64,000 bases of DNA from Mustelus asterias (taxonomy: Eukaryota), in the NCBI RefSeq assembly GCF_964213995.1, contig NW_027590142.1, forward strand, positions 62,001-126,000, given 5' to 3'. Shown here in pieces: positions 25,479 through 39,625 of the stretch. A model generated the notes under the pieces. That model saw only the letters and a program-made list of their open reading frames with translations. It was not told the origin of the DNA and did no database searches. The translations under genes and the position numbers were made by a program. The first letter of the stretch is position 1. Every line of letters starts with the position of its first letter.

Positions 25479-25655
25479 CACAGTGATACAGAACATGGAG
25501 AGAGCTGTACAAAAACCTGGACATGGTGCGTATTACAGACACAGTGATACAGAACACAGAAAGAGCTGTACAAAAAAATGAACATGGTGAAAATCACAGA
25601 CATAGTGATACAGAACACAGAGAGAGCTGTACAAAAACCTTAAAATGGTGAGGTC
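25479..25655 (+). repeat. Three tandem 61-bp units, each containing a 23-RSS
   Basis: Heptamers at 25479, 25540 and 25601; nonamers at 25509, 25570 and 25631. Confidence 0.92.
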
Positions 25656-25656
25656 T

Positions 25657-26572
25657 GCAGTGAGTAAACTGTTAGAAGGTATTCTGAGAGACAGGATCTA
25701 CAGGCATTTAGAGAGCACGGACTAATAAGGGACAGTTACCATGGCTTTGTGAGTGGAAAATCATATCTCACGAAATTGATTGAATTTTTTGAAGGAGTAA
25801 CCAAGATGGTAGATGAGGACAATGCAGTGGATGTTGTCTACATGGACTTTAACATGGGGCGGCACGGTAGCACAGTGGTTAGCACTGCTGCTTCACAGCT
25901 CCAGGGCCTGGGTTCGATTCCCGGCTCGGGTCACTGTCTGTGTGGAGTTTGCACATTCTTCCTGTGTCTGCGTGGGTTTCCTCCGGGCGCTCCGGTTTCC
26001 TCCCACAGTCCAAAGATGTGCGGGTTAGGTTAATTGGCCATGCTAAATTGCCCCTTAGTGTCCCGGGATGCGTAGATTAGCGGGTAAATATGTGGGGATA
26101 TGGGGATAGGGCCTGGGTGGGATTGTGTTCGGTGCAGACTCGAGGGGCCGAATGGCCTCTTTCTGCACTGTAGGGTTTCTATGATTTCTATGGTACCACA
26201 TGGTGCATTGCTGCATAAGGTTCAATCTCACGGGATCCACGGCGAAGTAGCCAATTGGATGCAAAATTGGCTTGATGAGAGAAGACAGGGGGTGGTTGGA
26301 AAGGGTTGTTTTTCAAACTGCAAAATGGTCCAGAGTGCATTTTTCTCACTCAGAGGCTGGTGAGTGTCTGGAAAGATCAGCCAGAGGTAGTAGTGGAGGC
26401 GGGGACAATTTTTACTTTTAAAAAGCATTTAGATACTTCCATGGGTAAGATGCGTATAGAGGGATATGGGCCAAATGCGGGCAATTGGGACTAGCTTAGT
26501 GGTAAAACCTGGATGGCATGGACAAGACGGGCCGAAGGGCCTTTTTTCAACGCTGTAAAGCTCCATGACTCG
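25657..26572 (+). mobile_element. CR1 fragments with a nested full HE1 SINE (~25857-26191)
   Basis: LTKLIEFFEGVTK...VDVVYMDF is interrupted by the gggcggcacggtagcacag SINE. Confidence 0.85.
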
Positions 26573-26859
26573 AGAGCATTAACACTCCAGTACCGCAGGA
26601 GGAAACTGTTACACTGGTACCGACTCATCCTGAATCATGCTGGAACCAGCGTCTTGGCAAATCACACAGCTAGGGCTGCAGATATGGCATTTAACTGAAT
26701 AATGGGGCAGGGGGGAGACAAGGACCTGTTGCATGAAAAATTTTTAAAAATCGAAGATGAAGGAGAAGGTTGGACTGCAGGTGAGCGAACATGAAGGCAC
26801 AGAACATGTGAACATCATATTGCACCAAAATCGTGCAAGAATGGGGAAATTTGAAAACA

Positions 26860-29731
26860 GAACAAACTTCAGGGCTTTGTATCTTTGAATGCGTGAAACA
26901 TTCTGAATAAAATTAATGAGTTAACAGCACAATGAGAGACAAATGGACATGACTTAGTAGCGATTCCTGAGGCGTGGTTGCAATGAAAACCAGATTTTGG
27001 AATTGAAGATCCAAGGGCGCTCAATACTTCAGACGGATAGACAGAAAGGAAAATGAGATGGTGGAATAATGTATATGTCCCCAAACAGTCGGTCTGTAGT
27101 TGGGCACAGGAGAAATAAGAAGATTTTGGGGGCTTGTGAGAAAGGTGTTGCAATAATTATGGATTATTTTAATATGCATATACATTGGATTTAACAAATT
27201 GGCAAGGCAAGCCCCGAGGGAGAGTTCACTGAATGCATTAGGGATTGTTTGCTGCAACAATATGTTGTGGAACCAATTAGGGAGCATTCCAATCGTGGAT
27301 TTCCACCCACTGTGGTGGACAGGGCTCTTAGCCATGTCCGACTCATCTCCAGGGCTACTGCTCTCAGCCTCTCTCCTCCCTCCCAAGACCAGGATATTGT
27401 CCCCTTTGCCTTCGCTTTTCAGCTCATCAACGTCCTCATTAAAAGAATTATCATCTGCCATGTTTGCCAACTCCAGCATGACGCCACCATTCAAGCTATC
27501 TTCCCTTCACTCTCCCTGTCAGCACTCCACAGGCACCGCTGCCTCCATGACACCCGTGTCCACTTCTTCATCACACCTAACAACTCACCTATCGCCAATG
27601 GCAATCGTAGAAGGTGCTGCACCTGCCCCTTCACTGCTACCTCCTCGGCATCCCAGGGCCCAAACATTCTTTTCAGGTGAAGCAACGCTTCATGTGCACT
27701 TCCTTTAATCTGGTCTATGGCATTCGCTGCTCCCGATGCGATCTCATCTACATTGGAGAGTCAAATGCAGACTGGTTGAACGCTTTGCAGAATACCTATG
27801 GTCAATCTGCATGCAAGACCCAGACATTTCTGTCGCTTATCGTTTGAACACACCACCCTGGTTGCCTCTCCACAGGTCATTTCTTTGTTTTGCAAAATTC
27901 CAGTGAAGCCCAACGTAAACTGGGCGAACAGCATCGCATTTTCAGATGAGGCACTTTACAGACTTCTGGACTGAGCATTGTATTCCACAAATTCAGGGCA
28001 TGACCTTTCGCCTCCACCTCCACTCCCTTTCCATTTATTTTATCTAATTTCTTCTTTTCATCATATTCGTCCATTTTTATAACTTTATTTTCTTATTTTT
28101 AGTTTTCAACTTCTAAAATCTCGTTTTCAATCCTGCTTCATCTCTCCCCCAAACCCATCCTCCCCATCCCAATGGGGACAACAGTTACATTCATATACTC
28201 TGCAATCTCTGTTTTGCCATTTATCCATCGCAATCTCTTAATGGACACTCTCAGCACCATTCTCAGCCTTTATCATCACATTTACATTCACTTTGTTGTT
28301 CTCTCTATGCCATTCGTTTCAACTACATACCGCCCCCCCCCACCCCCCCCCCCCCCCCCACCACCACCAGAAAACAAACCCATCCTCCCAGTACAAATCT
28401 TGTCCACATTTCCTTGTCTTCAACTCTGAGGAAGGGTCATCCTGACTCTAAATGTTGGCTCGATTCTCTCTCTACATATGCTATCAGACCTGCTGAGAGT
28501 TTTCAGCATTTTCTGTTTTTCTTTCAGATTCCTGCATTTGCAGTACTTTGCTATTATTATAGGGAGCAAACTGTTCTGGATTTGGTATTGTGTAATGAGC
28601 AGGGATTAATTGATGACCTCATAGTTAAGCATCCTCGAGGGAAGAGTGATCTTAGCATGATATAATTCCAAATTCAGTTTGAGGACGAGAAACTCAAGTC
28701 CCACACTAGACTTCTCGTGTTAAGCACAGGGAATTACGTAGGCATAAGGACAGAATTGGCCCGAGTGGACTGGGCAAGCAGACTGAAAGGTAAGACAGTT
28801 GATGATCAGTGGCAAATGCTGAAGGAGGCAAACAATTCCTCCCAGCTAAAATACATTGGTGAGACGAAGAAAGATTGTAAGAGGGGAAGAAACATCCATG
28901 GCTAAGCAAGGAAGTTAAAGACAGCATAAAGAGAATATCTAATGCATACCATATTGCAAGGGCAAGTGGCAGACTGGAAGATTGAGAAACTTTTAAAGAT
29001 CAACAAATGGTTACTAAAAAGTAAGAAAAAGATCAATGTTAAATTGTGAAAGAAAACTCGCACGGCGTTAAAGAAAACGTGCAGCAAAGGCATCTGTAAG
29101 AATCTAAAAGTGAGGAGTGGAGCTAAGGTGATTGCTGGACACTTGGAGTATTCCACTGGGGAGTTAACAGTGGGGAGAACAGAAAAGGTGGAAACGCTTC
29201 ATCGATATTTTGCCTCAGTTTTCACGCTGGACAACACGAGTACCATCACAATAGTAACAGATAATGCAGAGGTAATAGAAAGGAAGGGATTTCGAACAAT
29301 TATGATCAATAGGGAAAAAATGTTGATCGAACAATTGAGATTGAAGGTAGTCAAGTTCCCAGAGCCAGATGGCTAATATCTTATTGTCTTAAAGGAACCG
29401 GTAGTGGGGATAGTGGGTACATTGGTTATAATAATCCAAAATGTCTTGGATGCTTGAAATGTTCCAGTGGTTTGGAATAAATGGTAATATAATGCCCATA
29501 TTCAAAAAGAGAGGGAGGCAGAAGGTGTTAAACAAGACACCAACTAGTTTGACATCTGTCTTTGGAAAATTGTTAGAATCCGTTATTAAGATTGTAGTAA
29601 CGGGACATTTAGAATGCCACAAGGCAATTCATTAGAGTCAGCATTGTTTTACGAAGGGCAAATAATTTTGACTAATTTGCATGGAATTCTTCGAAGATGC
29701 AACAAATAAAGTGGACAATGGGGATCCTGTA
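26860..29731 (+). mobile_element. Old CR1 ORF2 (endonuclease to RT), split by a Penelope insertion and truncated at the ERV
   Basis: LNA*NILNK, REQTVLDLVLCNE and PTSLTSVFGKLLES motifs; GDPV|DV resumes after the ERV 3' LTR. Confidence 0.75.
27290..28005 (+). mobile_element. Penelope-like element fragment (GIY-YIG)
   Basis: NLVYGIRCSRCDLIYIGES; paralog of 625-1355. Confidence 0.75.
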
Positions 29732-30439
29732 TGAAGACGGGAATGGGTTAATGAACTTGTAACACTTAAACATTGAGACACGAGCTCTGTGATTTTGTGA
29801 TAAACACTGTAGAGCTTATGTTTACGTTAGGGCTCAGTGTTTTCATGTCTGTGGAATTTGTTTTCATGTATCCAAACCAGATAAGAGAGACAGCTGTCCT
29901 TGCTGTTCCCAGCTAATTGCGTATCAGGAATGTGGCTAAGCAGAATTAGCTAAGCAGACTCCATTTTATGTTCCTTTCTATTATGTACCTTTGTTTAACA
30001 CGGTGGAGCTGACATGTATACCTTCTGTCATTGTATCACAATAGATTCATATATATTCATTATATATGCTGTTCATCTGCACTATTTATACTGATATAAA
30101 GTGCTACGTAGGCACCTGTATCTTAGTTAACCTGTTTATGCAAACTTATAATGTTGTGTGATGGATAAACAACGCACAGGTGGCGACAAAACAGACATTC
30201 GCAGCCTTGAGGATGGCCACGGTTACACGGAAAAGACGGAACTTGCCGAGACAGCAATAATCGTGGGAAGATGAGGACGTGACCAGGGGCGAAAATATAT
30301 GTATAAATGTTTGCTCTTGACCTGAATTCAGTAAGAAGTCTGAGACCGTGTTAGGGAGGACCTCTTCCACAATTGTGCAAATAAACCAATGTACTTTGAC
30401 TCTAAAACTAGTCTCAGAGATATTATTTTACCTACAACA
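29732..30439 (+). repeat. ERV 5' LTR (~708 bp)
   Basis: tgaagacgggaatgg...cctacaaca; direct repeat of 39626-40332. Confidence 0.95.
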
Positions 30440-30441
30440 AT

Positions 30442-30459
30442 TGGTGCCGAAACCCGGGA
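30442..30459 (+). other. Primer-binding site, tRNA-Phe
   Basis: TGGTGCCGAAACCCGGGA is complementary to the 3' 18 nt of vertebrate tRNA-Phe. Confidence 0.9.
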
Positions 30460-31329
30460 TCTGATTACGGGTCCGGTCGAATGGCCACGACCGGGACACC
30501 GGAATAGATTACCGAACTTAATACAGTGGGTCAAAGTACAGTGGGTGATCATCTGTGATGAGAGGTTGTCTGAACTAATGAAAGATGGCTGAACTGATCA
30601 CATATGGACAAGGAGGCAATTGACTCTAACACCCAGCCTTAGATTGAATGTTAAGAGGTGAAATCTCCCACGCTGAGAGCAGGATTTGAAATGGGTGTTA
30701 GGGTCTAGAAAAAGGTTGCCTGAGGTGTGACGTTCAGACGTGAGTGAGAAAGAAACTGTCTGAGTGATCGCCGAAGTTGAAGGAAAAGCCTTCATGTGAA
30801 AGCCGGCTTAATAAAAGTATAGTATAAGTGGTGGTACGGAGGGATCTGATCACCCCTGACAGGTATCACCGAACTCGGATAAGAGCAACCTAGGAGGGGG
30901 AGAGTGAGAAAGGAGAATAGAAGACTCCAGGTGGTGAGTATAAATTTATCGATGTTATGGCGGGACAAGGACAATGGGGGGCCCCGGGGTCCCTGATAAA
31001 CGAATATATGGCTAAGAGGGACAAAGTCATTAAACAGATGAACAAAGGGGGTGGGATTTAGACCATCGACTAGACCAACAACGAAAATGGTTGAAAAAGG
31101 AAAAGAAAGACAGAAAGACGGAATAATTGAATAGGTCGCAGTCTTGGGTAAGAAATGGGCTGATGACAAAGCGAAAAGAGAATTAGAAAATAGAAACTAA
31201 TGTTTAGAGGGCCCCGGCTGGGGATCCTTGCCTCCCTATGGGCCGGTCGTAGAACCCACGGCACCAGTGGGAGACCCCGATGAGGAAGAGGTCCATGATC
31301 TCGGCCCATAACTCGGGGCGGGACATTAC

Positions 31330-31954
31330 AGAGTCCCACTGCCCGATACAAACCCTTCACCCCAGGAGAAAGACAACATGTTTTGGCATCTCTGGGAAGG
31401 CTCCATTTACATTTGCAGGATATACACCAGTTGATACGGGCCGCTTGCCCACAGGATAAGTGGAGACTGAGTTACGGAGCGGGTAACGCACCAACCAATT
31501 GGTCCAGAATTACCCATATTAAACGTTAAAGGGGTGAAGGAGCCTCCGAATTTGGGGAGCGACTCTTTCGAGTATACCATGAATGTTCGGGGATGCCCAA
31601 AACTGCCCGAACAGAGAGAGCCTTTTTAAAACATTGAAAGATGGGCTGTCGCCAGCTCACCAAAAAATCCTTAAAATGGGAGTTCTCAATACCCAGACTT
31701 ATGATGAATTAGTAGAATGGGCATCTGGAATTAGAGACGGACCAGATGAGAAACCATACCCACAAATAAAAGAGGAAAATGTTAGTGCAAACAGTGGAGG
31801 AGCTAAACCAAAGGATGCGTGCTATAACTGTGGGAAACCGGGTCACTTTGCCAGAGTCTGTGGGGTTCCAAAGGGAGGTAGAAGGAAGGACCCTGCCGGC
31901 CAGTTTTGCAATAAGTTGGGGGGGGGGGGGGTGGGTGATGCAGAGGGGCAATAA
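31330..31954 (+). pseudogene. gag: ERV gag remnant (capsid C-terminus and nucleocapsid)
   Basis: CYNCGKPGHFARVC is a CX2CX4HX4C zinc knuckle; located downstream of the PBS. Confidence 0.8.
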
Positions 31955-34512
31955 GGGGCCCCCGCAAGTTAGGGTAGGAAGGAAGGTAGAATCTACGTGT
32001 CTGCACTGGTAGGGGAGCCTCCATATCTATCACTGACCTACCCTTACCCATAACGAATAAAATGATCTATGTGAAAGGAATTAACGGACAGAACACCCCT
32101 GCCTACTAAAGAGAAACAAAACAAAGAAGATAGGAGTATTCTTAATACATCAGTTAGCTGGACTAATTGAGCAAGATAAAGAAAAGATTAGAGAGTTAGA
32201 ATCCAGAAGAAGGGAACAAGAGAAACAAAACCACGTATTAGAAGACAAGCAATGGAGAGGGGAAAGTGCTCCTCTACCTCCTAATGAGTCCATACAACAG
32301 GGACCAACCGCTCCTCCAGAGGAGTAGGAAGTGCTAGAACACAACTTAGTGCCAATACCCCGAAGGGGAACAGATGCGCAGCCAAAAGCAAATTATAAAC
32401 CCTTCACCCAGTTTAAAACAGAGACTCAGAGGGAATGCTCCCACTTACTGGAGCAGAATTACCACAACAAAACAGTTAAGAGGGGGGAAGAATGCACGCA
32501 GAAGAGGGATCAATGTATGTGATAATGAGGGAAACCCTAAGACTTGGGAAATGTTGAAATGGGAATGTGAGAAGTATGAGAAGGACAAAAGAGATAGAGC
32601 AGAACAGGAAAGACTGCAAAGGAAAGATAAAAACCCGGAAGTATCTGGCTTGCCAATGTTGTTGCAAACTACCGATACAGATGAACAGGAGGGGGATTGG
32701 TGGAATCGACCCAGTGTAGATAATTACCAGAAATCTAAGGTAGCCGTCATTGCCCCGATTATAATAACGCGCCAGTGCCACTGCAAAGACAGAAGGGACT
32801 CAAATCAGGTAAACTTGGTTCGCTTGAAGCATGATCGAACAAAGAGGGGAGTAAAGCGTCAAAAGGAAACAAGCTGTACGATTCTGTATGGCACAGAGTG
32901 AGACAGAGAGGATGTAATTGTGCAATCGAGAGCCTCATGTGATGGAATAGTGTATAGCAGATCAAAGTGAATTGCTTCTCTGTGTGCGAGTTTAATAAAT
33001 TATTTTCGGGGAAGTGTTAAAACTGTGAGAGATTAAAATGATAAGATTTCTTGAATTTACTTCTGTTTTGAATTTAATTACAGTTTGGAAGACAGAAGAA
33101 TAAAAGCGAATGTTAATCAACGTTCTGTATTGTCAAGTGTTTTACTTTCATCGCAGTTTCAGATGTTAAGTTTGAATGAATGTTGGAAGCTTCCATGTGT
33201 ATCCATATTTAACAAAGTGGATGTTTTGTTGTTGTTTGCTTTAATGTTTTAATGTTAAGGAAGGAGTTAAACCTTGGAAGGACCATGTGCTCTTTCCTTT
33301 GACTTGAAGTTGAAATTATAAAAGAGTTAGTTGAGAGAAGAAAATAAGTAAATTTGTGGAGAAGTAGAAAAGCAGGAACAAAAGAATGAGGTGAATATAT
33401 TGTCTATGCGTCAGTTTAAAGTATATCAAGTTCGTGAAATGAATCGTAGTTCTGATTACTCCAAGTTCCAGCGGGAGATTAATTGATTAAAACCTCAGTT
33501 GTCAATGCAGATAAAGATGTTGTCATTGAATATGTTTAATCTGCATTTGTTGCCAACCATTGAACACCATGATCTGTTGGAACATGAGTTGCCAGTTAGT
33601 TCTAAATAACATTTGGACCAATATGAAATGCAAGGCTTGTATGATGTTGTTTCGTTAACATGCAACAAATTACATCACCTGACATTGACGATAGTTCTGG
33701 CTAGCCCATCCAGAGGAAAACCTGACTACAGTACTAACTTCTGGAGACCAATACCAATACAAATTGCCCAGTAAGAATACAGTATTAAGATCCACAGAAT
33801 AAAGTGATTTACGAACGTCTGATAGTTTAGTATTCTGCAACTGGTTAAAATTATAAACTGCCTTTAGAATTTCATGTGCCTTCTATTATTCAAGGTTTTC
33901 CAAATATAAAAACACTGCAGAGCTTAAAGACTAGCCAGTTAAAAATCAAACCAAAACATTTCTAATCAATTAACTATTGTTATTGTTATATGTATTGTGC
34001 CTGTTATTTTTCTAAAAATGCAGGGATTTTAATCTGGAACTCAGTTTAAAAATAGACAAGACATAAATTAAAAGGGTTTGGATATCACAGTTATGATATA
34101 TAAAGTGGCATGATATAACTGCCGCTCGATTATTATACAGTATAAGCACTGCCATGTAGACCCGAGAATAAAATCAAATCCTGAAAGGCCTTAACCAGTT
34201 TTATGGTATATATTGTGTATTGATAAAACATAATTCTGTAGGAGAAAAGGCGATTTATTCCAAGCTAAATGTTTGTGTTTTAGTGGTACTTTGTGAAGTA
34301 CTATAATGCTTATGCGCAACCAAATTATCAAAATAAATCTAATGAAAGTATACATCACATAAAACTCAGAGCTGTATGGCATGTGATTTTAATGGAGAAA
34401 GCGATGTCTTTTGATAGGATTATATACAAATGAATGGATGTCCAGCTGCAGCCAGTGCAAAGTGTAATTTGATTCAAACTGAGCTTTCTATGGAAGGGGG
34501 ACATGTAATTAA

Positions 34513-34941
34513 ATGTATAATGCACGAGCTAAAGCCATACAGACATTGGGAAAAATGTGGACAAATGTATTGCCCACCATACTAACCACAAACGGGATAA
34601 CCGGATTAACCCCTTATGAACTAATGACAGGACGGGTGATGCAATTACCAGAAAACATCGTAACAGGTGGGACTGATGTTGGTCCGCTCAAAGATAAAAT
34701 CAGGAGATATGATTTGGAACTAAGCACCCAACTAAAAGGAATGTGCAAATTGGTAAAAGACAATCAGGAAATAAGAGACGCAGAGAGAGATCTTGAAATG
34801 CTCCCTGACGTCCCAACAGTGCGACGTCCTAGTGAAAACATTACCTGACAAACCAGGGTTTGCACCAAAATGGAATGGGCGATATGAAGTTATAATTAGT
34901 GGAGTCACCTGTGCCTCATAGACATAAGAGGGAAAGGTATA
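34513..34941 (+). pseudogene. pol: ERV integrase C-terminal remnant
   Basis: WTNVLPTIL, TGLTPYELMTGR and PGFAPKWNGRYEV (GPY/F-like); appears to resume as IWKH after the CR1 insert at ~37986. Confidence 0.75.
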
Positions 34942-37900
34942 TAAGAACATAATAAATAGGAGCAGGAGTAGGCCATCTAGCCCCTCGAACCTGCCCCCCC
35001 ATTCAACAAGATCATGGCTGATCTGAAGCGAATCAGTTTCACTTACCCGCCTGCTCCCCATATCCCTTAATTCCCTTATCGATCAGAAATCTATCTACCC
35101 GTGATTTAAACTTATTCAACGAGGTAGCCTCCACCACTTCAGTGGGCAGAGAATTCCAGAGATTCACTATCCTCTGAGAGAAGAAGTTCCCCCTCAACTC
35201 TGTTCGGAACCGACCCCCACTTATTTTGAGGCTGTGCCCTCTCGTTCTGGATTCCCTTCCAAGTGGAAAGAATGTCTCTACCTCTACCCTATCCAGCCCC
35301 TTCATTATCTTATAGGTCTCTATAAGATCACCCCTCAGCCTTCTAAACTCCAACGAGTACAGACCCAATCTGTTCAATCTCTCCTCATAAGCTACACCCC
35401 TCATCTCCGGTATCAACCTGGTGAACCTTTTCTGCACTCCCTCCAAGGCCAATCTATCCTTTCCCAAATAAGGGGACCAAAACTGCACACATTACGCCAG
35501 TTGCGGCCTCACCAGTGCCTTGTATAGTGGCAGCAAGACCTCCCTGCTTTTATATTCTATCCCCCTCGCGATAAAGGCCAACATTCCATTCGCCTTCTTG
35601 ATCACCTGCTGCACCTGCAGACTGAGTTTTTGCGATTCGTGCACAAGGACCCCCAGGTCCCTCTGCACAGTAGCATGATGTAATTTTTCTCCATTTAAAT
35701 AATATTCCAATTTACTATTATTTCTTCCAAAGTGGATAACCTCACATTTGCCAACGTTATATTCCATCTGCCAGATCCTCGCCCACTCGCTCAGCCTATC
35801 CAACTCTCTCTGCAGACTTACCGCTTTCCCATTCATCTTCGTGTCATCAGCAAACTTTGATACCCTACACTCAGTCCCCTCCTCCAGATCATCTATGTAA
35901 ATGGTAAACATTTGAGGCCCCAGCACCGATCCCTGCGGCACGCCACTCGTCACCAACTGCCAACCAGAAAAGCACCCACTTATTCCAACTCTCTGCTTCC
36001 TGTTAGATAGCCAATCCCCAATCCAAGCCAACACATTACCCCCAACTCCGTGTACCCCAATCTTCTGCAGCAACCTTTTGTGAGGCACCTTATCGAATGC
36101 CTTCTGGAAATCAAAAAACACCACATCCACTGGTTCCCCTCTGTCAACCGCACGAGTCACATCTACATAAAAATCCAGTAAATTCGTCAAACACGACTTT
36201 CCCTTCATGAATCCATGCTGCGTCTGCTTGATTGAACCATTCTTATCCAGGTGCTCTGCTATTTCCTCTTTAATGATGGACTCCAGCATCTTCCCAACTA
36301 CGGACGTCGAGCTAACCGGCCTGTAGTTACCCGCCTTTTGTCTACTTCCTTTTTTTAAACGGCGGCATAACAGTAGCTGTTTTCCGATCAGCCGGCACTA
36401 CCCCAGAGTCCAGCGAATTTTGATAAATAACTACTAACGCATCTGCTATTACCTCAGCCATTTCTTTCAGTACCCTGGGATGCATTCCATCCGGGCCTGG
36501 TGACTTGTCTACCTTCAGTCCCATTAGTCTACCAAGCACTACCTCTTTAGTAGCAGTAATCGTATTAAGGACCTCAACTCCCACCATTAAGGACCTCACC
36601 TCCCTCTCGATCTCTAATATTCGGTAAACTATTTGTGTCTTACACCGTGAAGACCGACACAAAGAACTTATTTAAAGTCTCAGCCGTTTCCTCGTTTTCC
36701 ATTATTAAATCCCCTCTCTCGTCCTCCAAGGTTCCAACATTCACTCTAGCCACTCTATTCCTTTTTGTATATTTGTAAAAACTTTTACTGTCATTTTTTA
36801 TATTTTGAGCTAGTTTAGTTTCATAATCTATCTTTCCTTTCTTCATCGCTTTCTTAGTCGTTCTTTGTTGTTTTTTTAAAGTTTTCCCAATCCACTAATT
36901 TGTTTTCATTTTAATACTCTCCTTTATTTCCTTCGTTATCCATGTCTAGTTATCCCTTTTCTTACAGTCCTTCTTTATCACCGGAATATATTTTTGCTGA
37001 GTACTTAAAAAAATCTCCTTAAAAATCCTCCACTGTTCCTCAGCTGTCCTACCTACCAGTCTGCTCGCCCAGTCTACATTAGCCAATTCCGCCCTCATCT
37101 TATCGTACTCCCCTCTGTTCAAGCAGAGGACACTGGTTTGGGACCCTACTTTCTCACCCTCCATCTGTATCAGAAATTCAACCATATTATGATCACTCAA
37201 CCCAAGAGGATCCCTCGCCAGAAGATCCTTAATTCTACCTGTCTCATTACACAGTACCATGCCTAAGATAACTCGCTCTCTCGTAGGTTCTGTAACATGC
37301 TGTTCAATGAAACTATCCCGACAGCATTCTAAGAACTCTTCCTCAAGCACTCCATGTCCAATTTGAGTCGACCAATCAATATGCAGGTTCAAATCCCCCA
37401 TGATTATTGCCATTCCGTTTTTGCACGCATCCATTATTTGCTTGTTTGTAGCCCTTCCCACCTCTAAGTTATTATTTGGGGGCCAATAGACCACGCCTAC
37501 CAGTGTCTTTTCCCCTCTACTCTTCCTTATCTCCACCCACAACGATTCCACGTTTTGCTCCTTAGAGCCTATGTCGTCTCTCACTACCGTCCTGGTATTA
37601 TCCTTTATTAAAGAGCTACCCCACCTCCTTTTTCTACCTCTCTATCCTTCCTAAATGTCTGATACCCGTGGATATTCAGTTCCCAGTCCCGGTCACCATG
37701 CAACCACGTTTCTGTGATGGCCACTAGATCATAGTCATTTGTATGGATTTGTGCCATCAAGTCATTTACTTTGTTTCGAATGCTTCGTGCATTCAGGCAA
37801 AGTGTCTTTATGCCAGTCTTTATCTGGACCCGGTTGGTTGAAACGCTACTAACATCTCCCGAGCCCTCTACTCCTTTAACTCGTTGAATGTCCTCAACAT

Positions 37901-37985
37901 TAACCTGCACTTGTACTCTCTCCTTTACCTTCGATTTTGTAATTCCCCTTACCCCTACACCCTCCCCCCGATTTAATAGTTTAAA
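34942..37985 (-). mobile_element. ~3 kb CR1 LINE nested in the ERV (APE and RT, frameshifted)
   Basis: LCLNARSIRNK, LVAITETWL, QHGFMKGKSCLTNLL and KFADDTK; 3' tail at ~34942. Confidence 0.92.
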
Positions 37986-38151
37986 TATGGAAACATTAAA
38001 CTCTGCTGAAAGAATATGCTGAAACTAATTGGGAAAATATGTGATATACTCCCATTGCAGGAATGTACAGACAACGACTGACCTCCAAGCAAGCTGAACG
38101 GGTTCGCGGGAAGTTGTATAACGGTCGCGCGGGTTATTAGTAAGAGATAAG

Positions 38152-39574
38152 ATGCTTTTCACGCTGCTTCTCACGACCCTGGCCCTGTCAACCATCGCGG
38201 GAAAGTATAGATGGAATTATGAGGATTTAGGGGTAAAGCACAGTGATCATCTCTGTAATGATGACTCTGTCTATTGTATGAACACCTTTGTGTATATGTC
38301 TTATCTGTATGCATCACAATCGAATCTGAGCAAGTGCTGGGTCTGTTCACACATTCCCATGCACGGAAGAAAGGGAGGAATTCCTTTATTCCCTATCCCT
38401 TTATCAGCTCTGGAAATAAAGAATGTATTTTAAATCAGAATGGAACCCAGGAATGGAAAAGGAAACTACATTTAAAACCCCATCGGGTACCACCATGCAG
38501 GACACGTTTAATATCAGCAACAGTGATGTTGTTTTCGGGCTAGGGGGCGGAGGGTGCACTTTATCGACCTTTAAGAAATATTACCAACCCAGCTACGACA
38601 GATCAGGATCTCCACCCTACTTCGTTGTGAAAAATCAACAAAGGGGATCTACCTGCCTGACAAGAAATGGAACGATACCTGCTGGCCGTCGCTACTGTAT
38701 ACAAGAGACTGATATCACGAATGACACTTGGGCCATGGTACAGGTCACAATCCAGTGCCCCACAGCCACCGTCCCGGTTAGTCTCTCCTCCGCTTATGTG
38801 AGCAGGATGACTGCATATAATGGTACCTATTTTGTCTGTGGAACCAATGCCTATCCATGGCTTCCCTGGAATTGGGCAGGATCATGCTACTTGGCATATG
38901 TGGTGCCTCATATTCACCATTACACTGACTTACGGGACCACCCCGAGATACACCTGCTTAGGGCTAAGCGAGCCATTAGTGAGACAGAACGGTTCTTCAT
39001 GATAGCCTACCCACTTTATGGGACAGAAAAGGCTGCACAGGAACTGATACGGATGGCCTCGACCCCAGAGAGAATTGCAAATGAGACTAAAGATGGGTTC
39101 GAGGAGGTGAGCACGGCCATCTCTGAAATATCAGCAGAGGTCGTAGCTATTCGGACTGTGGCGTTACAGAACCGATTGGCACTCGATTATGTGCTCGCCT
39201 CCCAAGGAGGAACATGTGCTATAGTTGGCTCCGAATGCTGTACGTATGTTCCCGATGCTTCGGAGAATATAACTCGCTTGGCAGATCACATTAAACATGT
39301 GGCGAAAACAATGCAGGATGAGGGGAACCAATATCACAATTATAACCCTCCGGGATGGCTGGGGCAATGGTTTGGGTCGTGGTGTGCATAGCTGATGCAT
39401 GGATTGATTGTATTAATTGTAATTGTAATTACCTGCTATGTTTGTATGGCATTGTTGAACACCTGTTGCAAAATAGGAACAGCGCGGATTATGCCGGGCA
39501 CAAGTGTACAGGCAGAGGGGGCAGACCACCTGACAAAGGAGGTAGGCCCATTCGCTGATAACATATGGTTCTGA
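38152..39574 (+). pseudogene. env: ERV envelope, gamma-type; one frameshift (~38425) and one stop (39389-39391)
   Basis: Signal peptide MLFTLLLTTLALS, CWVC (CXXC), furin site RAKR, ISD LQNRLALDYVLASQGG, CX6CC; hydrophobic TM LIVLIVIVITCYVCMALL after the stop. Confidence 0.92.
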
Positions 39575-39625
39575 ATTGGTCATGGGGCCATGTTTGGACC
39601 ATGTTGTCCGACCAACAGGGGAGAG

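Noticed and set aside
25479-25655. CRISPR-like repeat-spacer pattern
   Set aside because: Vertebrate DNA; whole 61-bp units are homologous and are RSS duplications
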